A stretch of DNA of 64,000 nucleotides from Bacteroidia bacterium (lineage in GTDB: Bacteria; Bacteroidota; Bacteroidia; UKL13-3): the NCBI GenBank assembly GCA_044353855.1, contig JBILBF010000003.1, positions 85,628 through 149,627 on the forward strand, read 5' to 3'. Made by a program: the position numbers and the translations under genes. The notes beneath the pieces are model-generated. The model was not told where the DNA came from. It searched no databases and saw only the letters and a program-made list of their open reading frames with translations. This document shows, in pieces, positions 21,338-31,311 of the stretch (its first letter is position 1; each line of letters opens with the position of its first letter).

Positions 21338-22726
21338 CTAGAAGACATCATATAACAAGCGACCAACCGTAAAATATACTGCTAATCCTAATAAATCATT
21401 GGTAGTTGTGATAAATGGTCCAGTTGCAATTGCAGGATCTATTTTCATTTTATTTAATACCAAAGGAATAAATGTACCAAGAACTGTAGCAAATACGATT
21501 ACACTTAGCAATGCAACACTAACGGTCATACTCAAATCCATATTACTGGAAAAAAGGATATTATACGTTAGTAAAAGTCCAGAGCAGATGATTCCATTAA
21601 TTAAAGCTACCCTTAATTCTTTCCAAATTTTAGGAAGAATATTTTTAGTACCCAATGTGTTATTTGCTAAACCTTGTACCACAATTGCCGAAGACTGAAC
21701 ACCTGCATTTCCACCCATTGCTGCAATAAGAGACATAAAAAATGCCATTTCGGGATGAATATGTAAATCTTCCTCATACATTTCAATAAAACGTGATGAA
21801 GCAATACCTCCAAGCAACCCAATAAGCAACCAAGGTAAACGAGCACGAGATAAAATCCAGACCTTATCGGATGAATCCACATCTTCCGTAATACCCGACA
21901 TCAATTGATAATCTTCGTTGGCTTCCTCTTTAATGACTTCAACAACGTCATCTACCGTAATTCGCCCTACCAATTGGCCTAAAGCATTAACTACGGGCAA
22001 TACAACTAAATCATATTTTTTAAATAAGTTGGCAATTTCTTCAGAATCTGTAGAAGTAGAAACGGAAATTACTTCCTTATTACACACATCAGAAATGCGA
22101 GAAGTTGGAGTTGCAAGTATTAAATTTTGGAGTGTAATAATACCTGTTAATCGTTCAAAATCATCAATAACATATACCACATAAATATTATCAATATTTT
22201 CAGCTTGCCTGCGAATCTCTTCAATACATTGAGCGACACTCCAATTAATATTTGATCTTATTAACTCAACAGCCATTAAGCTTCCAGCAGTGTGTTCATC
22301 GTAGTTCAACAATGATAATAAACTAGAAGCAAACTCAATATCGGCAAGGTTAGAAATTACATCTTCTTTGTCTTTTACCGAAAAATTAGCTAATACATAA
22401 GCTGCATCATCAGAATCCATATTTTGAATAAATGAATCTGCTATTTCTTTAGGTGAATATGATGCCAAAAAATGTTCTCTTACATTTTCTTCCATTTCAA
22501 CAAGCACTTTAATTGATTTATCTTTATCAACTAAACTCATTATTTGGCGGGCCTCATTCGGCTTTACTCTATCCAATACTTCGGCAATATCTTGGGGATA
22601 CATATCGTCTAACAATGACTGCAAATCCGAGTTTTTTTCTTCCTCGAGTAGTTGTTGCAATAGTTTTACTAAAGTAATATCAACCGATATTTTCTCCATA
22701 TTGTTGTATGATTTTGGTAAGTGCAA
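21338..22726 (-). CDS. mgtE: Magnesium transporter MgtE
   Basis: MgtE N-domain, tandem CBS domains, C-terminal 5-TM domain. Start may be the internal Met at 22699. Confidence 0.9.
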   Translation of the reverse strand: MHLPKSYNNMEKISVDITLVKLLQQLLEEEKNSDLQSLLDDMYPQDIAEVLDRVKPNEARQIMSLVDKDKSIKVLVEMEENVREHFLASYSPKEIADSFIQNMDSDDAAYVLANFSVKDKEDVISNLADIEFASSLLSLLNYDEHTAGSLMAVELIRSNINWSVAQCIEEIRRQAENIDNIYVVYVIDDFERLTGIITLQNLILATPTSRISDVCNKEVISVSTSTDSEEIANLFKKYDLVVLPVVNALGQLVGRITVDDVVEVIKEEANEDYQLMSGITEDVDSSDKVWILSRARLPWLLIGLLGGIASSRFIEMYEEDLHIHPEMAFFMSLIAAMGGNAGVQSSAIVVQGLANNTLGTKNILPKIWKELRVALINGIICSGLLLTYNILFSSNMDLSMTVSVALLSVIVFATVLGTFIPLVLNKMKIDPAIATGPFITTTNDLLGLAVYFTVGRLLYDVF

Positions 22727-23483
22727 TAAAATCGGTAAACGTTAACTCTTCGGCACGTTTGTCCAAATATCCACTGGGTTGCAATATCTCATCTTTTACA
22801 TGAAATTGTTGTAACGCATTTCGTAATTTTTTTCTGCGTTGGTTAAAGCCAGCTTTTACTACTTTAAAAAATGCTTTTTCATCCACATCAGGTGGGGTTT
22901 CTTTTCGGGTAAATCTTACTACACCAGACTTTACTTTGGGAGGTGGGTTAAATACATGTTCGTGTACTGTAAATAAATACTCAACATCATAATAGGCTTG
23001 GGTAAGCACACTTAAAATTCCATAATCTTTGGTGCGTGTACCTGATGCCAATCGTTCTCCTACTTCTTTTTGAAACATCCCGACCATTAAAGGAATATGG
23101 GTTCTGTTTTCGAGCATGGCAAATACAATTTGAGAAGAAATATTATAAGGAAAGTTTCCAATTATAGATACAGACTGAGGGAATTTTTCTGTTATATTTA
23201 GTCGTAAAAAATCGCCTTCTATTAACGTATTTTCCAATTGAGGAAAATTCGTTTTTAAATACGGAATTGATTCCCTATCTATTTCTATAGCGTGGGTTAT
23301 AAAATTTGTTTGTGGTAATAAATATTGTGTGAGCACACCCATACCTGGTCCAATTTCCAATACTGCAGGAGTAGTACATTTTTCGGTAAATGCTTTTACA
23401 ATAGCAAGGGCAATGGTTTCATCAGTTAAAAAATGTTGTCCTAAATGTTTTTTTGCGCGTACGTCATTTTTGTGATTTGCCAT
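22680..23483 (-). CDS. rsmA: 16S rRNA (adenine1518/1519-N6)-dimethyltransferase RsmA/KsgA
   Basis: KKHLGQHFL motif, SAM-binding LEIGPGMGVLT. Start set at MANHKN. Confidence 0.9.
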   Translation of the reverse strand: MANHKNDVRAKKHLGQHFLTDETIALAIVKAFTEKCTTPAVLEIGPGMGVLTQYLLPQTNFITHAIEIDRESIPYLKTNFPQLENTLIEGDFLRLNITEKFPQSVSIIGNFPYNISSQIVFAMLENRTHIPLMVGMFQKEVGERLASGTRTKDYGILSVLTQAYYDVEYLFTVHEHVFNPPPKVKSGVVRFTRKETPPDVDEKAFFKVVKAGFNQRRKKLRNALQQFHVKDEILQPSGYLDKRAEELTFTDFIALTKIIQQYGENIG

Positions 23484-23650
23484 CTTTTTATTTTCTACTA
23501 TTTTGAGAAATGAAAAGCACAACACGGATGTTATCCCTAATTGGCTTACTTTTACATCTCAATAATTTAGTCCCAAAAGTACTTATTCAAAGGCATATTA
23601 TTTACATGTGCTGTTTTTTTATACTTTCGCATTCGCTAAAAACATAAAAC

Positions 23651-25093
23651 ATGCATATTAATATTCAACTTACCACTAAACAATCTGATACTGAATCGTT
23701 GTTTGTTCTTGCTCATAAAAAATCTAATTGGGCTTCATTTGGTCTCCAAAAAAATGAAATCACCTACATTGAAAAAAAGATAAAAGCTGATGATAAATTT
23801 ATAACAGTAAACCAGTTTACTCGTTTGGTTTTTATTCAACTTATAGAAGAGTTTGACAAGAAAAAAAGTTACCATGAAAAACTAGAATCGTTGCGAGGCA
23901 TTGGTAACAAAGTGTGTACAAACATCAATGCACATAAATACGAAGCAATCCAAATGGTATCTGTTGATGATTTAGCTAACGAGTTACTAGCTGTAACCGA
24001 AGGATGCGCATTAAGCAACTACCAGTTTTTAAAATACAAAAGCGAGAAAGAAAAAAATACGCTGAAATCCATTTCAGTGATTAGCAAAAAAGTATCTAAA
24101 ACGGATATTTCACAATTAAATATAATTACCGAATCAGTATACAAAGCGAAAGATTTAGTGAATGAACCACAATCCTATTTAGATGCGGTAACCTTTGCCG
24201 ATGAAATGAAAGGCATGGGTAAAAAAGCAGGTTTTAAGGTAGAAGTATTAAACAAAAAACAAATTGAAGCCTTAAAAATGGGTGGATTGTTATCGGTAAA
24301 TATGGGTAGTCAAACACCTCCAACATTTACCATAATGGAATGGAAACCCAAAAAACATAAAAACAAACAACCTTTAGTATTAGTAGGCAAAGGTGTAGTG
24401 TATGATACAGGAGGATTAAGCCTTAAGCCAACACCAAACTCTATGGACACCATGAAGTGTGATATGGCAGGTGGTGCAGCTGTAGCAGCTACCATATTTG
24501 CAGTAGCTAAAGCAGAATTGCCTTACCATGTTATTGCCCTAGTGCCAGCAACGGATAACCGCCCCGGTGAAAATGCCTATACTCCAGGTGATGTTATAAA
24601 AATGTACGATGGACAAACAGTTGAAGTATTAAACACGGATGCAGAAGGCCGCATGTTGTTAGCTGATGCATTGGCATATGCGAAAAAGTATAAACCGGAG
24701 TTGGTGTTAGATTTTGCAACCTTAACGGGTGCTGCTGCTGCTGCTATTGGACAATACGGAATTGTATGCATGGGAACTGCAGACGAAAAACAAAAAGCTG
24801 CCTTAAAAGAAAGTGGCAATAATGTATATGAGCGTTTGGTTGAATTTCCATTTTGGGATGAATATGCCAAACTCATTAAAAGTGATTTAGCTGATATGAA
24901 AAATATTGGTGGACCTGTTGCTGGTGCCATTACAGCAGGTAAATTCCTAGAAAAATACACCGATTACCCTTGGATGCATTTTGATATTGCAGGACCAGCC
25001 TTTATAAGCAGTTCAGATAGCTACAGAGGCAAACAAGCGACCGGAGTTGCCGTACGTATGCTTTTTGACTTTATTAAAAACTCGAGTAAATAA
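23651..25093 (+). CDS. pepA: Leucyl aminopeptidase (M17 family)
   Basis: M17 signature NTDAEGRMLLADAL and surrounding conserved catalytic blocks. Confidence 0.9.
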   Translation: MHINIQLTTKQSDTESLFVLAHKKSNWASFGLQKNEITYIEKKIKADDKFITVNQFTRLVFIQLIEEFDKKKSYHEKLESLRGIGNKVCTNINAHKYEAIQMVSVDDLANELLAVTEGCALSNYQFLKYKSEKEKNTLKSISVISKKVSKTDISQLNIITESVYKAKDLVNEPQSYLDAVTFADEMKGMGKKAGFKVEVLNKKQIEALKMGGLLSVNMGSQTPPTFTIMEWKPKKHKNKQPLVLVGKGVVYDTGGLSLKPTPNSMDTMKCDMAGGAAVAATIFAVAKAELPYHVIALVPATDNRPGENAYTPGDVIKMYDGQTVEVLNTDAEGRMLLADALAYAKKYKPELVLDFATLTGAAAAAIGQYGIVCMGTADEKQKAALKESGNNVYERLVEFPFWDEYAKLIKSDLADMKNIGGPVAGAITAGKFLEKYTDYPWMHFDIAGPAFISSSDSYRGKQATGVAVRMLFDFIKNSSK

Positions 25094-25187
25094 TTAGTTT
25101 ATAGCATATAGTTCATGGATCATAGCAACACTATTTGTTTTTTTTTAAAACCATGAACTATGATCTATTAACGAATAACTAAAAAAT

Positions 25188-26255
25188 ATGAGCAAACTAC
25201 CTATAATAGGAATCACCATAGGTGATGTAAACAGCATTAGTGTTGAAGTCATTATTAAAACATTATTGGATAACCGTATTGCAGATTTTTGTACACCTGT
25301 GGTTTATGGTTCGCCCAAAGTTATTTCGTTTTGGAAAAAGGCAATGGGACATGCTGACTTTAACCTAAATAATATAAAAAATTTAGAGGAGGTACATACT
25401 AAAAAATCGAACCTATTGGTATGCTGGGACGAAGACATCGAGATTAAGCCCGGAGAGGATACCGAAATTGCTGGTAAATATGCATTCAAATCATTGGAAA
25501 TGGCTACCAAAGATGTTATTGCTGGAAAAATACATGCTATTGTTACAGGGCCTTTAAACAAAAACAATGTAAACACGCCAAGCCTTGCTTTTAAAGGACA
25601 TACCGAATACTTAGCACAACAAGCCAATACCGATAACTATATCATGATGTTGGTAAGTGAGCAGCTAAAAGTTGGATTGGTTACGGGTCATGTGCCCATC
25701 AGTGAAGTAGCATCCAAGATTAGCAAGGATCTTATTTTGAAAAAATTGCGCATTATGCATAAAAGTTTGCAACAAGATTTTAGCATAACAAAACCTAAAA
25801 TTGCAGTGCTTGGTTTAAATCCGCATGCAGGTGATAATGGCCTCTTAGGTTCTGAAGACAAGGATATTATTGCGGAAGCAGTGAAAACTGCACAAGCAGA
25901 AAAGATAATTGCTTATGGCCCTTATTCAAGTGATGGTTTTTTTGGCTCACGTCAATTTCAACAATTTGATGCAGTACTTGCAATGTACCACGACCAAGGA
26001 TTAATTCCCTTTAAGTACTTAGCTTTTGATGATGGTGTAAATTATACTGCTGGTTTACCTTTTGTGCGAACCTCCCCCGATCATGGAACTGCCTACAATA
26101 TTGCTGGCAAAAACGAAGCATCCGAAACCTCGTTTCGCAATGCATTGTATATGGCCATAGATGTGGTGAGAACTAGAAACGATAATTTCCAGTTAAAAGA
26201 AAATCCATTGCCTTTTAGTCCCTCTCGTAAAGAACGTTTTAGAATTGATTTTTAA
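25188..26255 (+). CDS. pdxA: 4-hydroxythreonine-4-phosphate dehydrogenase PdxA
   Basis: PdxA family blocks (…HAGDNGLLG…, …FVRTSPDHGTAYNIAGKNEAS…). Confidence 0.85.
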   Translation: MSKLPIIGITIGDVNSISVEVIIKTLLDNRIADFCTPVVYGSPKVISFWKKAMGHADFNLNNIKNLEEVHTKKSNLLVCWDEDIEIKPGEDTEIAGKYAFKSLEMATKDVIAGKIHAIVTGPLNKNNVNTPSLAFKGHTEYLAQQANTDNYIMMLVSEQLKVGLVTGHVPISEVASKISKDLILKKLRIMHKSLQQDFSITKPKIAVLGLNPHAGDNGLLGSEDKDIIAEAVKTAQAEKIIAYGPYSSDGFFGSRQFQQFDAVLAMYHDQGLIPFKYLAFDDGVNYTAGLPFVRTSPDHGTAYNIAGKNEASETSFRNALYMAIDVVRTRNDNFQLKENPLPFSPSRKERFRIDF

Positions 26256-26278
26256 ACACCTTAGCCAAATTTTCACCA

Positions 26279-26313
26279 ACAAAAAAAGCGCCCTGCATTG
26301 CTGCCGGACGCTT
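26279..26313 (-). terminator. Probable rho-independent terminator for rplU-rpmA (GC-rich imperfect stem AAGCGCCC…GGACGCTT preceded on + strand by an A-run, i.e. a T-run on the coding strand)
   Basis: Read in sequence between the convergent pdxA and rpmA. Confidence 0.5.
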
Positions 26314-26331
26314 ATTATAAAATCGTATTGA

Positions 26332-26598
26332 TTAAGCTTTAGCTTCTACCGGTGCGATAGAAACAAAAGAACGATCATTTGCTTTCTTTTTGAAAACAAC
26401 GTGTCCATCAACCAAAGCAAACAAGGTATGGTCTTTGCCCATTCCTACGTTATCGCCTGGGTGGTGTTTTGTACCACGTTGACGGATGATGATATTACCA
26501 GCAATAGCTGCTTGACCACCAAATATTTTTACGCCCAAGCGCTTGCTATGCGACTCGCGACCATTTTTCGAACTACCTGCCCCTTTTTTGTGTGCCAT
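26332..26598 (-). CDS. rpmA: 50S ribosomal protein L27
   Basis: [24 protein letters not shown]… canonical L27. Confidence 0.96.
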   Translation of the reverse strand: MAHKKGAGSSKNGRESHSKRLGVKIFGGQAAIAGNIIIRQRGTKHHPGDNVGMGKDHTLFALVDGHVVFKKKANDRSFVSIAPVEAKA

Positions 26599-26628
26599 GT
26601 CTTATTCTATTTAAAAGGTTGTTACTAA

Positions 26629-26940
26629 TTATGCGTTGATTGATTCAATCTGGATTTTAGTAAAATATTGGCGGTGGCCATTCATTTTACGGTATCCTTT
26701 TCTACGCTTCTTTTTGAAAACGATTACTTTGTCACCTTTTAAGTGAGTTAAAACCTTAGCTTTTACTGAGGCTCCATCTACTTTAGGCAATCCTACTTTT
26801 ACTTCTCCGTTATTGTCAACTAACAATACGTCATTCAGTTCAATGCTGGCGCCTTCCTCTTGTTGCAACCTGTGCACATAAAGAGTTTGGTCTTTTTCTA
26901 CTTTGAACTGTTGGCCAGCGATTTCCACTATTGCAAACAT
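26629..26940 (-). CDS. rplU: 50S ribosomal protein L21
   Basis: MFAIVEIAGQQFKVEKDQTLYVHRL… canonical L21. Confidence 0.95.
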   Translation of the reverse strand: MFAIVEIAGQQFKVEKDQTLYVHRLQQEEGASIELNDVLLVDNNGEVKVGLPKVDGASVKAKVLTHLKGDKVIVFKKKRRKGYRKMNGHRQYFTKIQIESINA

Positions 26941-27036
26941 ATATTTATCTATTTATTTTGATTAAAGGACGGCAAAGATATGGGTTAAATCCATATTTAC
27001 AAATACTTATTTCCCAAATTTTAAAACCTTTCCATA

Positions 27037-27936
27037 CTACGATACCGACTGAAGAGCTGGTTGATCTTTAGTATGATTGAAACCAACAAAATCTACTATG
27101 ATGCGGTTCACATCAGCTGGCTTTTCAATTTGCACAAAATGGCCTGCTTGTTTTATCATGTTATATGTAGCGTGTGGAATGAGTGCAGTTGCTTTTTTGG
27201 CTATGCTTTCGGGTGTTTCGCCAAAATGCACAAGGGTATTGGGAATCATGGCATCTTTATCGCCAAAAATAGTGTGAACGGGGATGGTTATATTGGGTAA
27301 ATACTGTTGTATTTGTTCGTTCAACATTGCTTTAACACCAGCCATACTCATATCTCGCCAATGCTTCATGGTATGCGCATTCATTATTATTTTAAGTTCA
27401 CTAATAATCGAATCGCTTTCGTTTTGGGTACTGTAAAAACTTTGGCGGATAGCTGATTCTAAATGAAACTCATCTGCATAAAATAAATTTCCCATGCTCA
27501 ACATACTTTGCATCATCATCACTTCATGTGAAGAAAAATATTCAAAACCTGCTGGGGCAACTAATACCAATTTGGTAGCAATATGTGGATAGCGCAAAGC
27601 AATAATTAATGCAATTTGCCCGCCCATCGAATGGCCGCACAATACCACATTTTTCAACTCCATTTTTTCAATAAAGAGTGCTACACTTTCTGCATAAAAA
27701 AATAAGGTATAAGGATAATCGCCTCTCGAGGAATAGCCATTTCCAGGTAAATCCAAAGCAATACAACGATAGTGGGTTTTTAAACCTGCAATCTGATGTT
27801 TCCAAACGGGAGCATAGTTACCTAAGCCATGTAAAAACAAAAGTGTTTGATCGCCACTTCCTTCATCCATGTAAGCAATTTGTATATCTGTATGTATGTT
27901 ACATTTGTGGTGAACGTATGGATAAGTAATGAGCAT
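27037..27936 (-). CDS. Alpha/beta-fold hydrolase
   Basis: HGxxxx oxyanion motif (LFLHGLGNY) and nucleophile elbow GHSMGG. Start ambiguous (27936 or 27981). Confidence 0.75.
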   Translation of the reverse strand: MLITYPYVHHKCNIHTDIQIAYMDEGSGDQTLLFLHGLGNYAPVWKHQIAGLKTHYRCIALDLPGNGYSSRGDYPYTLFFYAESVALFIEKMELKNVVLCGHSMGGQIALIIALRYPHIATKLVLVAPAGFEYFSSHEVMMMQSMLSMGNLFYADEFHLESAIRQSFYSTQNESDSIISELKIIMNAHTMKHWRDMSMAGVKAMLNEQIQQYLPNITIPVHTIFGDKDAMIPNTLVHFGETPESIAKKATALIPHATYNMIKQAGHFVQIEKPADVNRIIVDFVGFNHTKDQPALQSVS

Positions 27937-28009
27937 GTGTAATGATGATAAAAAAACAGGTGCTTGTTGTACAACAAACACCTGCGCAATAGTAAGCTAA
28001 AAAAAGCGA

Positions 28010-29068
28010 TTATGATTTGCTTGCAACCCAAGCAGCTACTTTAGGAGCCAATTCTTTTTGCGATTTAGCGCCAACAAACACTCCAATATGTCCGCCCGGA
28101 AAAGCATATTCTTCTTTGTCTTTTGAACCAATTACTTTCATTACGGGTGTTGTAGAAGTATTGGGAATAATATTATCCTCAGTTGCAAAAATATTGAGAA
28201 AAGGAACCGTCATGTTTTTTAAATTAACCTTACGTCCACCTAATTCAAATTCGCCTTTGATCAATTTATTATCTTGCCACAAATCTTTAATGTATTTGCG
28301 AAACATTTCACCTGCTTGGTTGGGCATATCACCTTTCCATTTTTCCATACGCAAAAAGTTGGCAAGCTTTGCCTCATCCTGCATCAACTCCAATGCATTT
28401 AAATATTTTGAATATGGAGTAGTTGGTTTTAACATACTAAATCCGCTATCAATCATATCTGCAGGTATTAAACCACCGCAGCTATCTACCATCGAGTCAA
28501 TATCTATATCTTTTGTCCAACGGTACAACATACATTCGTTTCCACTAAAATCAAATGGGGTAACGTATACAGTAAGTGATTGAAGTTTTTCGGGATGTAA
28601 CGAAGCGTAAATTGTACTAAATGTACCACCTTGGCAAATACCCATTTTGTGAATTTTTTTATTGCCAGTTGATTTGCGCACAAAATCAACTGCATCATTC
28701 ATAAAACCTAAGATATAATCTTCCATGGTTAAGTAGCGATGTTGCTTTTGAGGATAGCCCCAATCCATAATATATACATCCAATCCTTCGTCTAGTAGTT
28801 TTTTCATTAAACTTCTATCAGGTTGCAAATCCAATACATCGTGACGGTTCATGATAGCAAATGAAACCAACACTGGAATTTTAACTTTTGCTGGAGTATC
28901 GCGTTTGTAGTGGTATAATTTTACCAAATCATTTTGCCACACCAATTCTTTAGGTGTTTCACCTACTTGCACATTTGGTGCTTGTTGCAACATCTCGTAT
29001 CCTTTCACTAATTTTTGGCTTGTTTTAGACATTTCGTCCATTAACCCTGCTGCATTCATATTCATCAT
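28010..29068 (-). CDS. phaC: Poly(R)-hydroxyalkanoate synthase, class III catalytic subunit PhaC
   Basis: 352 aa (class III size). Lipase box G-I-C-Q-G-G with Cys at position ~145 (class III Cys149 equivalent); downstream Asp (TEDNIIP) and His (FPGGHIGVF). Confidence 0.8.
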   Translation of the reverse strand: MMNMNAAGLMDEMSKTSQKLVKGYEMLQQAPNVQVGETPKELVWQNDLVKLYHYKRDTPAKVKIPVLVSFAIMNRHDVLDLQPDRSLMKKLLDEGLDVYIMDWGYPQKQHRYLTMEDYILGFMNDAVDFVRKSTGNKKIHKMGICQGGTFSTIYASLHPEKLQSLTVYVTPFDFSGNECMLYRWTKDIDIDSMVDSCGGLIPADMIDSGFSMLKPTTPYSKYLNALELMQDEAKLANFLRMEKWKGDMPNQAGEMFRKYIKDLWQDNKLIKGEFELGGRKVNLKNMTVPFLNIFATEDNIIPNTSTTPVMKVIGSKDKEEYAFPGGHIGVFVGAKSQKELAPKVAAWVASKS

Positions 29069-29112
29069 AAGTGTTTGTTTTACTTTATTTCAAATTAATT
29101 ACATTTTAGCAA

Positions 29113-29160
29113 TAAAAAAGCCACAAAATTCACAGATAAAAATCTATGAATCTGTGGCTT
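29113..29160 (-). terminator. Terminator-like hairpin between phaE-like and phaC (8-bp stem AAGCCACA…TGTGGCTT with internal secondary pairing, followed on the coding strand by TTTTTT)
   Basis: Read in sequence; a candidate intra-operon attenuator or processing site. Confidence 0.45.
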
Positions 29161-29181
29161 AGTAATAAATACCAATTTAAA

Positions 29182-30480
29182 TTATGCAGTTTTAGTTGCT
29201 TTTTTAGCAGCCGGTTTTGCTGTTTCTTCAACTACTAAATCTGTATCCAACTGTTTTTCCAACATGTTGATACGTTTCTTCATTTCGTATATGGTTTTAT
29301 ACGTTTCATCCATTTCGGTGCGTGTAATTACTGGAATGTTAGCCATTGATTTTTCCATTTGTTGGTTCGTATGCATTTTCATTTTATTTCCAAATGAACT
29401 TACTTCTGCTTGCATTTTTGAATACTCATCTGTAGAAAATAATGCTACAAAATGCTTATCACTAATAGTTAACCAAGTAGTGTATAAGTTAGTAAAATCT
29501 TTTGTTTCAACTCCATTACGCATATCGTTGTATACCGTTTCAGCTAATTCTTCCATAGCCTTCATTCCAGTGTTATACATTGTGTATTGCATTTCTGTAC
29601 TTTTTAATTGGTAATGCATGTATTCATTACTCAATTCTTTCATTGCATTCATTTGTTGGATATTGCTATTGTTACCCATCAACTTCATCATTGGTGCAAA
29701 GGCATTGTTCATTTGGTTGTTCATGTTGTTATACATGTCCATTGCTTGAGTAAATGAATTGTTGCTGTTTGGCATAAAACCATTCATGCTGGTTCTCATG
29801 CTATCAAACATTCCTTTGTTCTGATCCATCATGTTGTTCATGTTGGTTTTCATCATATCCATTCCTGGCATTGCCATCATGTTTTTAGTGAAGTCTTCCA
29901 TGTTAAACATTTTATCCATCATTCCTTTAAACATAGGTGCATTAAACATGTTTTTAAATGAATCCATGTTAAATGATTTGTCGTTCATTGATTTGAACAT
30001 AGGCATCCACAATTGAAACATGTTCATATACATATCTGAATTGTTAAACATACCGCTCATCATGTTTTTTGAATCCATGTTACTGTAGTTTTTCATCATT
30101 TCTGTGTACGTATTATTCATACTTTGCATCCAATTTTGGTATTGAGTCATCATATTGCTCATATTACCGTTCATGCTATCCATGTTCATCATGTTTCCCA
30201 TGTTTGGCATGTTAGCAAATAGGTTGTTGTTACCCATCATGCCTTTAGCTTGTTCCATTTGGGTGGTCATCCATGTGTTAAACATTTCCATTGGATTGTT
30301 CATTTTGTTTTCTCCATTGTTGTTAAAGAAAGACATTTGCGAATCATACCATTTTTTAAAAAAGTCTGAATTCATATTCTCTGAAAACATTTTGTTCATG
30401 TTTTCAGTTGCTGAAGTCATTTTATCTACGGCTTCTTTTTGAGCAGTTGTAAATGTTTCAAATAAATTTTTAGTTTCCAT
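29182..30480 (-). CDS. PhaE-like PHA synthase subunit / granule-associated protein with a ~300-aa Met/Asn-rich low-complexity region
   Basis: 432 aa. By eye ~20% Met and ~15% Asn, with reiterated (N/D)xMFNM, NMxxM units. Ordered C-terminal ~130 aa. Sits directly upstream of class III phaC in phaE-phaC order. Confidence 0.55.
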   Translation of the reverse strand: METKNLFETFTTAQKEAVDKMTSATENMNKMFSENMNSDFFKKWYDSQMSFFNNNGENKMNNPMEMFNTWMTTQMEQAKGMMGNNNLFANMPNMGNMMNMDSMNGNMSNMMTQYQNWMQSMNNTYTEMMKNYSNMDSKNMMSGMFNNSDMYMNMFQLWMPMFKSMNDKSFNMDSFKNMFNAPMFKGMMDKMFNMEDFTKNMMAMPGMDMMKTNMNNMMDQNKGMFDSMRTSMNGFMPNSNNSFTQAMDMYNNMNNQMNNAFAPMMKLMGNNSNIQQMNAMKELSNEYMHYQLKSTEMQYTMYNTGMKAMEELAETVYNDMRNGVETKDFTNLYTTWLTISDKHFVALFSTDEYSKMQAEVSSFGNKMKMHTNQQMEKSMANIPVITRTEMDETYKTIYEMKKRINMLEKQLDTDLVVEETAKPAAKKATKTA

Positions 30481-30772
30481 AATTATAGTTGTTTATGCTT
30501 TTTGTGCTTTTAAATCGGATACAAAATTATGGCCCCTTTGTTTACAAACAATCATTTGATTGTTAAGTAAAATAATATAGCCTAAACGTATTCAATAAAC
30601 ACAGCCACTATCTAAGGAAATCAAGGTAGTATGACTTTTATCAAACACGATTATTCAACCCAAAAAACAACAAATAATACTGGTAAAATATGGTAAAAAT
30701 TTGTTTATAATGAATATGTATTCACTATAAAGCCTTTGAAAGTAACATTTGGATAGAAAATAGAAGATATTT

Positions 30773-31228
30773 ATGTTGCAACCTATTAATCAACCTAAAA
30801 CAACCAACCAAATGGCAGCACCCAAAGTAGGAGATGTATTTACCCATGACATTATGTACACTCAAGAACAAGTAAATTTATATGCTCAAATTAGTGGTGA
30901 TACCAATCCCTTGCATGTAGATGAAGCAACAGGCAAAGCAAGTATGTTTGGCCGCAATATTATACATGGCCATTTCAGTGCAAGCGTATTTACCAAAATA
31001 TTTGGGGTATTATATTATGCTAATGGGCATATATACATGAAACAAAACAATACTTTCCTTAAACCCATGTTTGTAAACACACCTTACCAAGCTGTTATTA
31101 CAGTTAAAGAAGTGTTTCCTGAGAAAAACAGAGTGCTTTATGAAACCAAAGTAATAGATGTTGCAACAGGTGCTGATACTATTATAGGCGAAGCTTTATT
31201 GATGAATAAGAAAGAATATGTTTGGTAA
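30773..31228 (+). CDS. MaoC-like (R)-specific enoyl-CoA hydratase (PhaJ-like hot-dog fold)
   Basis: Hot-dog motif …ISGDTNPLHVDEATGKASMFGRNIIHGHF… Start may be the internal Met at 30812. Confidence 0.8.
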   Translation: MLQPINQPKTTNQMAAPKVGDVFTHDIMYTQEQVNLYAQISGDTNPLHVDEATGKASMFGRNIIHGHFSASVFTKIFGVLYYANGHIYMKQNNTFLKPMFVNTPYQAVITVKEVFPEKNRVLYETKVIDVATGADTIIGEALLMNKKEYVW

Positions 31229-31244
31229 GATTAATTTTAGGCAT

Positions 31245-31288
31245 ACAAAAAAAGCTCCGACTCAATTCTGAATCGGAGCTTTTTTAAT
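31245..31288. terminator. Strong bidirectional rho-independent terminator (AAAGCTCCGA…TCGGAGCTTT flanked by A7 and T6)
   Basis: Perfect ≥10-bp stem read in sequence between convergent phaJ-like and htrA. Confidence 0.75.
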
Positions 31289-31311
31289 TAAGAAACTTTA
31301 AATAGATAAAA

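Noticed and set aside
30481-30772. Divergent promoter elements between phaE-like and phaJ-like genes
   Set aside because: Several TTG / TAnnTTTG-like strings are present but none with the canonical spacing, so no specific promoter is called.
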